A DNA stretch of 26,126 bases from a virus (IMGVR_UViG_3300044513_002231:1-26126); one strand, 5' to 3'. Counted from the first letter of the stretch, positions 18,015-25,504 are shown. Translations and numbers: made by a program. Notes: generated by a model not told the origin, from the letters alone.

Positions 18015-18626
18015 GTGCATTTAAAAAAAATACTTTCAGTGGCAACAATTTCGTCACTTACTTTAGGTTGTACATCAACCCATGCAGAAATGATGACTGG
18101 ACCAGCAATTCCTATAGTAGGAAAAGTTAATCCAGAAAAAATTGTTAAAATTGAAGTAGAAGAACCAACTTGGAAATGTCCAACATGCAATAAAAATGAA
18201 CAGTATGTTCTTGCACAACTCCAAGAGAAAACTATGATTTTTGATCGCAATGCTCTTGCTACAATCTTGGGTAATATCAAAGCAGAATCTGGTTTTCGAC
18301 CCAATGTTTGTGAAGGAGGGGCAATTGTTCCATATCACCGATGCCTTCGGGGTGGATACGGTTTAATTCAGTGGACTTCTATTGGTCGTTATAATGGACT
18401 AGGAAAGTTTGCTAAACGTTATGGTTGTGATCCTAGTACGCTTGAATGTCAAACACGTTACATGATTAACGAACCCATCTTCCAAAAGTATCTTCCAGAA
18501 TTTGAAGGAAGAGGACAACCTGTTCACCAATACATGGTAGGTGCATATTACTGGTTGGGATGGGGTATTAAAGGAAACCGTGAGCATTATGCTTACCAAT
18601 ATACTAAAAAATTAATCTATTCATGA
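18015..18626 (+). CDS. Phage tail lysozyme-like muramidase (Phage_lysozyme2-like) with signal/lipoprotein peptide
   Basis: ATILGNIKAESGF and GGYGLIQWT motifs. GTG at 18015 yields the signal peptide HLKKILSVATISSLTLGC. Confidence 0.82.
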   Translation: MHLKKILSVATISSLTLGCTSTHAEMMTGPAIPIVGKVNPEKIVKIEVEEPTWKCPTCNKNEQYVLAQLQEKTMIFDRNALATILGNIKAESGFRPNVCEGGAIVPYHRCLRGGYGLIQWTSIGRYNGLGKFAKRYGCDPSTLECQTRYMINEPIFQKYLPEFEGRGQPVHQYMVGAYYWLGWGIKGNREHYAYQYTKKLIYS

Positions 18627-19183
18627 CTGAAACCACTGATTTTTGCAGAACTAAATGTTGCAATATTAAAGGATATGATGGATCCTGCTGTACAGTAGAG
18701 GATCGAAACTGGATTATGGGAGCAATCCCAGATCACATGGAAGTATTGCAACGTATCAGAGAACTTAATCCTGGAGTTGAAATTACTTGGGATGACTGTT
18801 TTATGACTTATGAGGAAGGAAGTAATCTGTTTCCTGATAAACCAACTTGGACAAACCCAAATAATTATCCTTGTATGAGGATTAACATGAACTCTCGCAG
18901 GAGAGGATGTGTTTTTTATAATGATTTATTGGGATTTTGTCAGATTTATTCTGCAAGATCGGTAACATGTTCCAAGTATCGGTGTGAATTCCTTGTAGAA
19001 CATCTTTCCGAACAAGAAAGAGTTGCAAAAGGATTAGAACTTCTAAAAGAAAAAGAAATAGAAGAAGGAACTTTTGTAGAGAAATCTAAAAAAACTAATG
19101 ATCAAAAAATGCAGTCATCTCCAATATATGAATCTGCACCACCTTTAGAACCAGTGATGGAAGAAACCAAATCGCAAGACTAG
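18623..19183 (+). CDS. YkgJ-like (CxxCxxCC) cysteine-cluster protein
   Basis: CRTKCC..GSCC...CVFY...CQIYSARSVTCSKYRC. Confidence 0.75.
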   Translation: MTETTDFCRTKCCNIKGYDGSCCTVEDRNWIMGAIPDHMEVLQRIRELNPGVEITWDDCFMTYEEGSNLFPDKPTWTNPNNYPCMRINMNSRRRGCVFYNDLLGFCQIYSARSVTCSKYRCEFLVEHLSEQERVAKGLELLKEKEIEEGTFVEKSKKTNDQKMQSSPIYESAPPLEPVMEETKSQD

Positions 19184-19187
19184 AACA

Positions 19188-19216
19188 TTGACAATCTATC
19201 CAGTTTCTGATATGAT
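19188..19216 (+). promoter_or_regulatory. Sigma70-type promoter for tRNA-Arg
   Basis: TTGACA-N17-TATGAT with TG extension, 8 nt before the tRNA. Confidence 0.8.
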
Positions 19217-19224
19217 TGTCTCAT

Positions 19225-19298
<74 letters not shown>

Positions 19299-19333
19299 TT
19301 TAGTGATATATATAACACACTTAATTTTTTTAT

Positions 19334-20140
19334 ATGCGTCAAAATAGATGGTCTATAGTGCCTGGAATACAGGCATTTTGCAGAGGTGATTTTGTATATC
19401 TTGCTATACCTAAAAATGGTCTTTGCACCCATACTGAGTTCTTTCAAAGAAAGGGATGGAAACCAAAGCATATTTGGGACCTTGCGATGGAGTGTAATAC
19501 CAATCGTGTATTTATAGGTCACATCCGAAAACCAATTAATAGATATATCAAAGGAATTACTCAATCATTAAAAAACGACGAAAAAATTACAGTCTTTATG
19601 AAAAAGATGGAAAGGGATCCATCTTTTCTCAGATATGTTTTAACCAGTGTGAACGATGATCATACATCACCATTCACGGATATGTTTCCACCAACCATAT
19701 CTCCATATCAGGTCAATTGGATTCCTATGGATCATCCTAAATGGGATTCTAATTTTCTCCTAAATCAATTATTCAGAGAATTTAATCTTCCTTATGTAAT
19801 TGAGAAAAAAGATATTGTTCATAAATCTGATGAAAAACCATTAGAACTTCAAAAGTACATTAGGGAAAAAATGTGCTTCCCTAATGGTGATATTAGACCT
19901 GGATGGGGTGCGTTTGAAAGAACAATGTTAGGGCAAGATCAACTTGTATACAATCATGTTATGCAACAATATAAGGTTAGGGAGCGTTTCTATGAAGATA
20001 TTTTTGTAAAAGAATTTCCAGTATTTACTCCGAAAGATGGATTCTGGTATCCACCAGAAAAAAATGATCAAGATGGTAATCCCGAACCTAAGTTCAATTA
20101 TAGAGTTGATGATAGACCAAGTGTGCTTAAAGCATTGTAA
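19334..20140 (+). CDS. Sulfotransferase-family-like protein (paralog 1)
   Basis: YLAIPKNG (5'-PSB-like), IRKPINRY (3'-PB-like) and DDHT. Confidence 0.6.
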   Translation: MRQNRWSIVPGIQAFCRGDFVYLAIPKNGLCTHTEFFQRKGWKPKHIWDLAMECNTNRVFIGHIRKPINRYIKGITQSLKNDEKITVFMKKMERDPSFLRYVLTSVNDDHTSPFTDMFPPTISPYQVNWIPMDHPKWDSNFLLNQLFREFNLPYVIEKKDIVHKSDEKPLELQKYIREKMCFPNGDIRPGWGAFERTMLGQDQLVYNHVMQQYKVRERFYEDIFVKEFPVFTPKDGFWYPPEKNDQDGNPEPKFNYRVDDRPSVLKAL

Positions 20141-20188
20141 TATGGTATAATCAATTTTCTTAAAATATTTTATTTTGCTAATAAAAAA

Positions 20189-21118
20189 ATGCATCTGTAC
20201 AGTCTAAAAAATCTACAAAACGAAATTCAAGCATACCGACAAGGTAAGTTTGTTTATATTGGTATTCCCAAAAATGCTCTTGTTTCTCATGTAAATATCT
20301 TCAGAGATGCTGGTTGGGAAGGTATTACATGGAGTGATTTATTTGAGGAAGCACCTGCTGAGGAATGGTCTTTCTTTTCACACATTCAGAATCCACACAC
20401 TCGCCACACTAAAGGTGTTGCTGAGTATATGTTTAGACTTTGGGATTGGAGAGAAAAAGTTAATGATAATAGGCAGCATCCTGACATTATTGACGAATAT
20501 TTGTATGAATGGATGAGTGATGAGCGTAATGGACAAGCAGTTTCTTTAATGGTTCAATCAGTCTTTGACCAACACACTATACCTATTACAACTCTTCTCA
20601 GAGATGCTGGAATTGATCCTTGGAAAGTTCATTGGATTCCTATGGACCATCCAACTTATAATACAGAATCCCTTACAAATAATTATCTTTCTAGTAAAAA
20701 GATTCCTCTCAGAGTTTCTATTGATCAAAGGAGACATGTTGCAAACGATGCAAGGAGAAAGTGTTATGAAATTATTAATAACATGAAGCAATATTCTCTT
20801 GTTCAATCGCCAACTCCTTTTGGACAAGGACTACATTATGAAAGACACTTTGTTACAGCAGTTATGCGTGAAGATATCAATCTTTATGTTCAGGCAATGT
20901 CTAATTACGACGTTGATGTTTATCAATTCGAAGATCCTGAAAAGGAAATAAAACAAGCGGCACTTTCTAAGAGAATTTGTGAGGCATTTGTTTTTAAAAG
21001 TCTAGGAATTCCTCCAGAAGAACAACAGAAGCAACATGAGGAAAAGGAAATGCAGATGGAAAGTGAATTGGAAGAATTAGAATCTGAACAACCAACAAAC
21101 AATACTTCTGTGTTCTAG
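20189..21118 (+). CDS. Sulfotransferase-family-like protein (paralog 2)
   Basis: YIGIPKNA, IQNPHTRH and DQHT; shares WIPMDHP with paralog 1. Confidence 0.55.
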   Translation: MHLYSLKNLQNEIQAYRQGKFVYIGIPKNALVSHVNIFRDAGWEGITWSDLFEEAPAEEWSFFSHIQNPHTRHTKGVAEYMFRLWDWREKVNDNRQHPDIIDEYLYEWMSDERNGQAVSLMVQSVFDQHTIPITTLLRDAGIDPWKVHWIPMDHPTYNTESLTNNYLSSKKIPLRVSIDQRRHVANDARRKCYEIINNMKQYSLVQSPTPFGQGLHYERHFVTAVMREDINLYVQAMSNYDVDVYQFEDPEKEIKQAALSKRICEAFVFKSLGIPPEEQQKQHEEKEMQMESELEELESEQPTNNTSVF

Positions 21119-21147
21119 TTGACAGATCCTTCATTTTATTCTATAAT
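21119..21147 (+). promoter_or_regulatory. Consensus sigma70 promoter
   Basis: Perfect TTGACA-N17-TATAAT. Confidence 0.88.
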
Positions 21148-21153
21148 ATTCTT

Positions 21154-21197
21154 GTCCGTGTGAAGGCAGTGCGTTGGGGGTTTACCCCCACCACAAT
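21154..21197 (+). ncRNA. Candidate small RNA / tRNA leader with a Yfr1-complementary motif
   Basis: GTGTGAAGGCAGT followed by the hairpin TGGGGG-TTTA-CCCCCA, between the promoter and tRNA-Gly. Confidence 0.45.
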
Positions 21198-21269
21198 GCG
21201 GAGTTAGTTCAGCGGTAGAACGCTATCCTTCCAAGTTAGATGTCGTCGGTTCGATTCCGATACTCCGCT
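21198..21269 (+). tRNA. tRNA-Gly(TCC)
   Basis: Acceptor GCGGAGT/ACTCCGC, loop CTTCCAA, discriminator T. Confidence 0.94.
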
Positions 21270-21304
21270 TCGGGAATCCGAATTCCCGATAGTTGTAAAA
21301 CTTA

Positions 21305-21427
21305 ATAAATAAAAATGTGATGAAAGCCTCAACTACTTGCAAGTAGTCACAAAGTAAACAGAGACTTGTCGAGTCTCTTTCCATCCGCAGGTATATTACT
21401 CTGCGAGAAAATAACGAGGTATCTAAA
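21305..21427 (+). ncRNA. Structured 5' leader RNA, possibly manA RNA motif
   Basis: Stems TGTGA/TCACA, CTACT/AGTAG, AGAGACT/AGTCTCT and CGCAG/CTGCG; long-range GCCTC/GAGGT pairing with the SD. The tRNA-adjacent 5'-UTR position in a cyanophage matches manA RNAs; identity not verified. Confidence 0.55.
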
Positions 21428-21799
21428 ATGATTAAATCCGCATTCGCAGCTCTGGCTGCTGCTCCCCTTTTCGCTGGTGCTGCAATGGCAGGACCCTACG
21501 TGAACGTTGAAGCAAACAGTGGTTTCACTGGCAGTAACTACAGCGGCACCAACATCGACACCCATGTCGGTTACGAAGGTGCTCTGGGTGAATCCGCTGG
21601 TTGGTATGTCCAAGCTGGTGCTACCATCGTTGCTCCCGACGGCGGCGCTTCTGACACCGTTCCCTCTGGTAAGGCTGGTCTTTCCGCTGGTCTGACCGAG
21701 CAACTGTCTGCTTACGGCGAAGTTTCCTTCCTGGGTAGCGGCGTTGCTGGTGTTGACCGTTCTTACGGCACCAAGGCAGGTCTGAAGTTCACCTTCTGA
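21428..21799 (+). CDS. Small outer-membrane beta-barrel (porin-like) protein
   Basis: Signal peptide ending AMA, alternating amphipathic strands, C-terminal beta-signal KAGLKFTF; SD GAGG. Confidence 0.8.
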   Translation: MIKSAFAALAAAPLFAGAAMAGPYVNVEANSGFTGSNYSGTNIDTHVGYEGALGESAGWYVQAGATIVAPDGGASDTVPSGKAGLSAGLTEQLSAYGEVSFLGSGVAGVDRSYGTKAGLKFTF

Positions 21800-21824
21800 T
21801 TCACTGAATCCGTGCTATAATACT

Positions 21825-21846
21825 GGGGACTTCGGTCCCCTTTTTT
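21825..21846 (+). terminator. Intrinsic terminator
   Basis: GGGGAC-TTCG-GTCCCC followed by T6. Confidence 0.92.
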
Positions 21847-22029
21847 ATGTTTAAAAAAATTCTCTCTCATCCAGTTACGCACTTCAACCTTGTAGTTGTT
21901 GGACTTTTAATTTTGATTCAGGGTATGCACATGCACGCTCACTACACTATGGAAGTTGATGTTGAGTCATATGTACGTAATTTTTGTAAAAAAAATGTAG
22001 AGAAGTGTGAAAGGATTATTGGCAAATGA
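21847..22029 (+). CDS. Small membrane-anchored hypothetical protein
   Basis: Hydrophobic FNLVVVGLLILI; overlaps the next start. Confidence 0.65.
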   Translation: MFKKILSHPVTHFNLVVVGLLILIQGMHMHAHYTMEVDVESYVRNFCKKNVEKCERIIGK

Positions 22030-22250
22030 CTGTACCATTTTTTATTGAAGAACCTATTACTTGGAAGAAAGTAAAAGTTCCTTATGATATCGTCCAGTAT
22101 TGTGATTCTTTCACTGTTGATTCGGATCGTGAAGATCTCCGTTACATTGATTGTGTTTGGATGCATATGGGTTATTATGGTGTACCAACAGATGTTATGA
22201 GGGCAGTGAGAGAAGAATGGAATCCAAAAGTTGTACCAGTATTTGAATGA
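22026..22250 (+). CDS. Hypothetical phage protein
   Basis: ATGA overlaps on both sides. Confidence 0.7.
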   Translation: MTVPFFIEEPITWKKVKVPYDIVQYCDSFTVDSDREDLRYIDCVWMHMGYYGVPTDVMRAVREEWNPKVVPVFE

Positions 22251-22648
22251 GAAAACTTCGTCTAAAACAACGTTGGTCTAATAGACCTCGTACCCGTAAA
22301 GAGTGGGTAAAACTATATGTTTCATATTTGAAGCGTATTCCAGAGAGGCAATACTGGCCCATTTTTATTATTCTGTCTCTGTATTTTGTCGTTCCTATGA
22401 GCGAGATTACAGTGACCTTAGCAGCAATTTTATTCTTTAAGTTTGAGAATAAGATTCGTCCACTGATTGCTAAAGCAGTAACTCCTCTGCCAGATTGGTT
22501 GCGTTATGGTGGTAGTATTATTTTCTTTCTTGTGATGATTGATGACACTCTTTTTTACTTTGCATTAATTGCTCTTGCATTCTGGAGCAGCAAGCAAGTG
22601 CAGAAAGAGAATAAATATGAAAATATCGAAGAATCGCATGAAGATTAA
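22247..22648 (+). CDS. Hypothetical membrane protein
   Basis: Basic N-terminus followed by several hydrophobic segments. Confidence 0.7.
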   Translation: MRKLRLKQRWSNRPRTRKEWVKLYVSYLKRIPERQYWPIFIILSLYFVVPMSEITVTLAAILFFKFENKIRPLIAKAVTPLPDWLRYGGSIIFFLVMIDDTLFYFALIALAFWSSKQVQKENKYENIEESHED

Positions 22649-22814
22649 TCTATGGTATTGTACACATATGAATTTGTGGCGTTGGACTCTTGTTGATGAT
22701 CGTCTTCCTATTGTGAGGCAAGAATCTGGTCAAAGAGAAGATCTAAAACTTGCCATGGAAGATGTTGCCAATACCGTAGAGTATATGCTACAATGTAGAA
22801 ATCTGGGAGATTAA
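22638..22814 (+). CDS. Small hypothetical protein (stop within tRNA-Val)
   Basis: ATG at 22638 (MKINLWYC...WRWTL...QESG). Confidence 0.65.
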   Translation: MKINLWYCTHMNLWRWTLVDDRLPIVRQESGQREDLKLAMEDVANTVEYMLQCRNLGD

Positions 22815-22876
22815 CTCAGCGGTAGAGTGGCTGCCTTACAAGCAGTAAGTCATTGGTTCGAATCCGATATTTCCCA
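22805..22876 (+). tRNA. tRNA-Val(TAC)
   Basis: Acceptor GGGAGAT/ATTTCCC; anticodon arm GCTGC-CTTACAA-GCAGT. Confidence 0.93.
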
Positions 22877-22893
22877 TTTGTTTCAATAACAAA

Positions 22894-23313
22894 ATGATTC
22901 TACAAGCATTTAAAAATATTAAAAAAGTTTTTACGTCACATAGTAAAAAGGAAAGCACTCTTAAAGTGGAGCGTGCTGTCGATAATGAGATGGTAAAACG
23001 TGAACAAATAAATACTCCAACTTATATTGGTGTTCCTGCTCTATCATATTTGGTAGAAGATCCTTGGTTTCCTCCTCCTGTTTTTTCGGAAAAACAATTG
23101 AGTGTGAAGGAAGCACACGAACAAGCAGTTGTAGATCAACAGATTCTTGATGAATCTGAGAGTAAAGAATCTGCTGATATCCATCAAAAACTTTATGAGA
23201 TGGCAACTCAAAACTGGACTACCGTTGCAGAGACGCAAGGTGGTTCTGAGAATTTTCAAGAGGGTCCTGGTGAATGGCATTCTGGTACTGGATATAATCA
23301 ATTTCGTAACTGA
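22894..23313 (+). CDS. Hypothetical protein
   Basis: 139-aa ORF after the tRNA. Confidence 0.7.
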   Translation: MILQAFKNIKKVFTSHSKKESTLKVERAVDNEMVKREQINTPTYIGVPALSYLVEDPWFPPPVFSEKQLSVKEAHEQAVVDQQILDESESKESADIHQKLYEMATQNWTTVAETQGGSENFQEGPGEWHSGTGYNQFRN

Positions 23314-23379
23314 TAAATAAAATGGCAAATAACCAAGAACTTCGCCAAGAACTTGAAAGTATTAAAGGTATAATTAGAG

Positions 23380-23631
23380 ATGTTAGTAATCAGGTGCAAG
23401 AACTGTGGGAAGCAGTTAGAGTCTCATCCTACAAAGATGAGAAGTTGCGGATGTGAGAATTTTACGAGTATCCGTGGGATAAACATATCAGGGAAGGATC
23501 TTTCGCTAATTGAAATCATAAACAATGATGTTGATAAGGTAAGATCTAGTATTTTTAGTAATGATGAACTTGCTTTTCAAGAAGCAAGGAGAAAAAGAAA
23601 AGTTAGAAAATTAGATTTTGATGTGAGATAA
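23380..23631 (+). CDS. Small Zn-ribbon-like protein
   Basis: CKNC...SCGC. Confidence 0.75.
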   Translation: MLVIRCKNCGKQLESHPTKMRSCGCENFTSIRGINISGKDLSLIEIINNDVDKVRSSIFSNDELAFQEARRKRKVRKLDFDVR

Positions 23632-23819
23632 TGCTTACATTTTGGATTCACTTGAGAGCATTCTTTTTTACGGTTGTGTTAAACTGTGCCCAACCTGTTA
23701 ACTGGAAGTATTGCTATCGTGTTGATCAGTGGTTAATTCCAGATCTTATAGAAGGTTATGAGATCTGGACAGAAAAAAAACATCCTTATCAAATTGAGAA
23801 GGATTACTTGGAAAGGTGA
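23631..23819 (+). CDS. Small hypothetical protein (stop within tRNA-Ser)
   Basis: TAATG overlap with the upstream gene. Confidence 0.65.
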   Translation: MLTFWIHLRAFFFTVVLNCAQPVNWKYCYRVDQWLIPDLIEGYEIWTEKKHPYQIEKDYLER

Positions 23820-23893
23820 CCGAGTGGTTTAAGGTAGCAGTCTTGAAAACTGCCGTGTTAGTAGCACCGTGGGTTCGAATCCCACCCTTTCCG
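23810..23893 (+). tRNA. tRNA-Ser(TGA)
   Basis: Acceptor GGAAAGG/CCTTTCC, arm GCAGT-CTTGAAA-ACTGC, long variable arm, discriminator G. Confidence 0.95.
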
Positions 23894-23990
23894 TTTAATA
23901 ATTTCTTAAACACTTTGTTTGTTTCAACATATAGTTGACATTCTTTAGATACTCACTAGCATAACTAGTAGTATTCCAAAGATAGAACCT

Positions 23991-24140
23991 ATGGATCAGC
24001 ACACCTATAATAACTGGGTGAAGATCAAGGAGACCTTCGAACAGTCTGGCAACACAGACAACATGTTCTACAAGAGAGCAGTGGCAATTGTAAAAACAAG
24101 AAAAGATCCACTGGCAAAATTTCTGGGTGATAAAGAATGA
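23991..24140 (+). CDS. 49-aa hypothetical protein (absent from ORF track)
   Basis: MDQHTYNNWVKIKETFEQSGNTDNMFYKRAVAIVKTRKDPLAKFLGDKE; ATGA-coupled to the next gene; TTGACA at 23935. Confidence 0.7.
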   Translation: MDQHTYNNWVKIKETFEQSGNTDNMFYKRAVAIVKTRKDPLAKFLGDKE

Positions 24141-24364
24141 ATTTTAAATTTAAAAATTGGGGAGATGGAATGGAACCCCCAGAAAGACTAACCGAAGAAC
24201 GAGTTCAGGAGATGATCGATGCAGCAATACGACGACACAACCGTAATGCTTCTATCATTAGCATGTGCGTTGGTTGGGTGGTTCTTGCTTTATTTGCTGA
24301 GGGACTTCTAAGACTTGTTGGAGTTATTCCACCTTTATTGCCATGGCTCAATATCACATTGTAG
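24137..24364 (+). CDS. Small membrane protein
   Basis: EMIDAAIRRHNRNAS followed by a transmembrane segment. Confidence 0.75.
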   Translation: MNFKFKNWGDGMEPPERLTEERVQEMIDAAIRRHNRNASIISMCVGWVVLALFAEGLLRLVGVIPPLLPWLNITL

Positions 24365-24525
24365 AATGGGTGGGTGTTGTTGCCCTTTTTTTATTTGGCA
24401 TGACAATGATTTGCCAAGGACATTTTATTTTCCATGGTAAATATGGATATAAGCACTCTGAAAGAGAACAAAAAAAATCTGAAGAAGTGCGAAAAACTAT
24501 AGAAGAATTACTTAAAGGTAAATAG
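24343..24525 (+). CDS. Small membrane protein
   Basis: Transmembrane segment WVGVVALFLFGMTMI. Confidence 0.65.
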   Translation: MAQYHIVEWVGVVALFLFGMTMICQGHFIFHGKYGYKHSEREQKKSEEVRKTIEELLKGK

Positions 24526-24531
24526 TGAATT

Positions 24532-24726
24532 ATGAATAACGATTGGCGGTATAGTGAAGAAAGAATGATTCTTAGACAAGAATCTTTCTTGAAGTTAAAG
24601 CATCATTTTAAATTGCAAGAAGTTCAATTTCTATATGAGTTTTGTCATGATTGGGTAAGTCAAGGAAACAAGACTACATATAATATAGAAGATGAATTTC
24701 TTCAGTTTTTAGAATTAAACAAATAA
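24532..24726 (+). CDS. Hypothetical phage protein
   Basis: DWRYSEERM...YEFCHDWVSQG. Confidence 0.7.
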   Translation: MNNDWRYSEERMILRQESFLKLKHHFKLQEVQFLYEFCHDWVSQGNKTTYNIEDEFLQFLELNK

Positions 24727-24729
24727 CAC

Positions 24730-25392
24730 ATGATAAAATTTATTGCTGGTATGTTGGCAGCAGTTTCTATTGCAACTCCTGTTCTTGCTGACTCTAAAAT
24801 CACCAAGGGTTACTACACTATGGATGCATTGGGGTGTATGATTCTCCGTGAATGCATCAAAGATGTACAAAGAGTCGAAGATATCTCTACTATTGCTGAC
24901 GCTCATCCCAATAGTGATTATAGTATTATTGCTGACGAGTTCGGTAGAATGCTCGTTGCCCTTGATAAGGTCGGAGTTAAGGTGTTTCTAGCAGATGAAA
25001 AATATTTTCCTGTTGGACACCGTGGTGTATATCATACGATTAGTAATAACTTTTTTCTGAATAAAACGTACATGCGTCGCCCTAGTGTCTTAATGACGGT
25101 GATGCGTCATGAAGGATGGCACGCTGCCCAAGACTGCATGGCAGGTTCTATCAAGAACTCTTTGATTGCTATCATCAGACCAGAAGAAGATATTCCCATG
25201 CTCTATCGTGAGATGGCGGAAAGATCTTATCCTGGAAGCGCAGTTCCATGGGAAGCAGAGGCAGGGTGGGCAGGTAGAACTGAGAAAGTTACTATGGAAG
25301 CACTTGAGTCTTGTGCTCGTGGAACTATGTGGACTGATTATGAACCAACTCCTCTTACCAAAAAGTGGTTGCAAGAAAACGGTTATCTGTGA
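24730..25392 (+). CDS. Exported protein with HExxH zinc-metallopeptidase motif
   Basis: Signal peptide ending VLA; MRHEGWHAAQ with downstream EAEA. Confidence 0.75.
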   Translation: MIKFIAGMLAAVSIATPVLADSKITKGYYTMDALGCMILRECIKDVQRVEDISTIADAHPNSDYSIIADEFGRMLVALDKVGVKVFLADEKYFPVGHRGVYHTISNNFFLNKTYMRRPSVLMTVMRHEGWHAAQDCMAGSIKNSLIAIIRPEEDIPMLYREMAERSYPGSAVPWEAEAGWAGRTEKVTMEALESCARGTMWTDYEPTPLTKKWLQENGYL

Positions 25393-25398
25393 TATAAT
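25369..25398 (+). promoter_or_regulatory. Sigma70-type promoter for tRNA-Pro
   Basis: TTGCAA-N18-TATAAT with TG extension. Confidence 0.55.
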
Positions 25399-25430
25399 AT
25401 CTTTGTTGATGGGAAAACCCCTCAACTTAA

Positions 25431-25504
25431 CGGAGTGTAGCTCAGCTTGGTAGAGCGCCGTCTTTGGGAGGCGGATGCCGAAGGTTCGAATCCTTTCACT
25501 CCGA
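25431..25504 (+). tRNA. tRNA-Pro(TGG)
   Basis: Acceptor CGGAGTG/CACTCCG; anticodon arm CCGTC-TTTGGGA-GGCGG. Confidence 0.95.
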
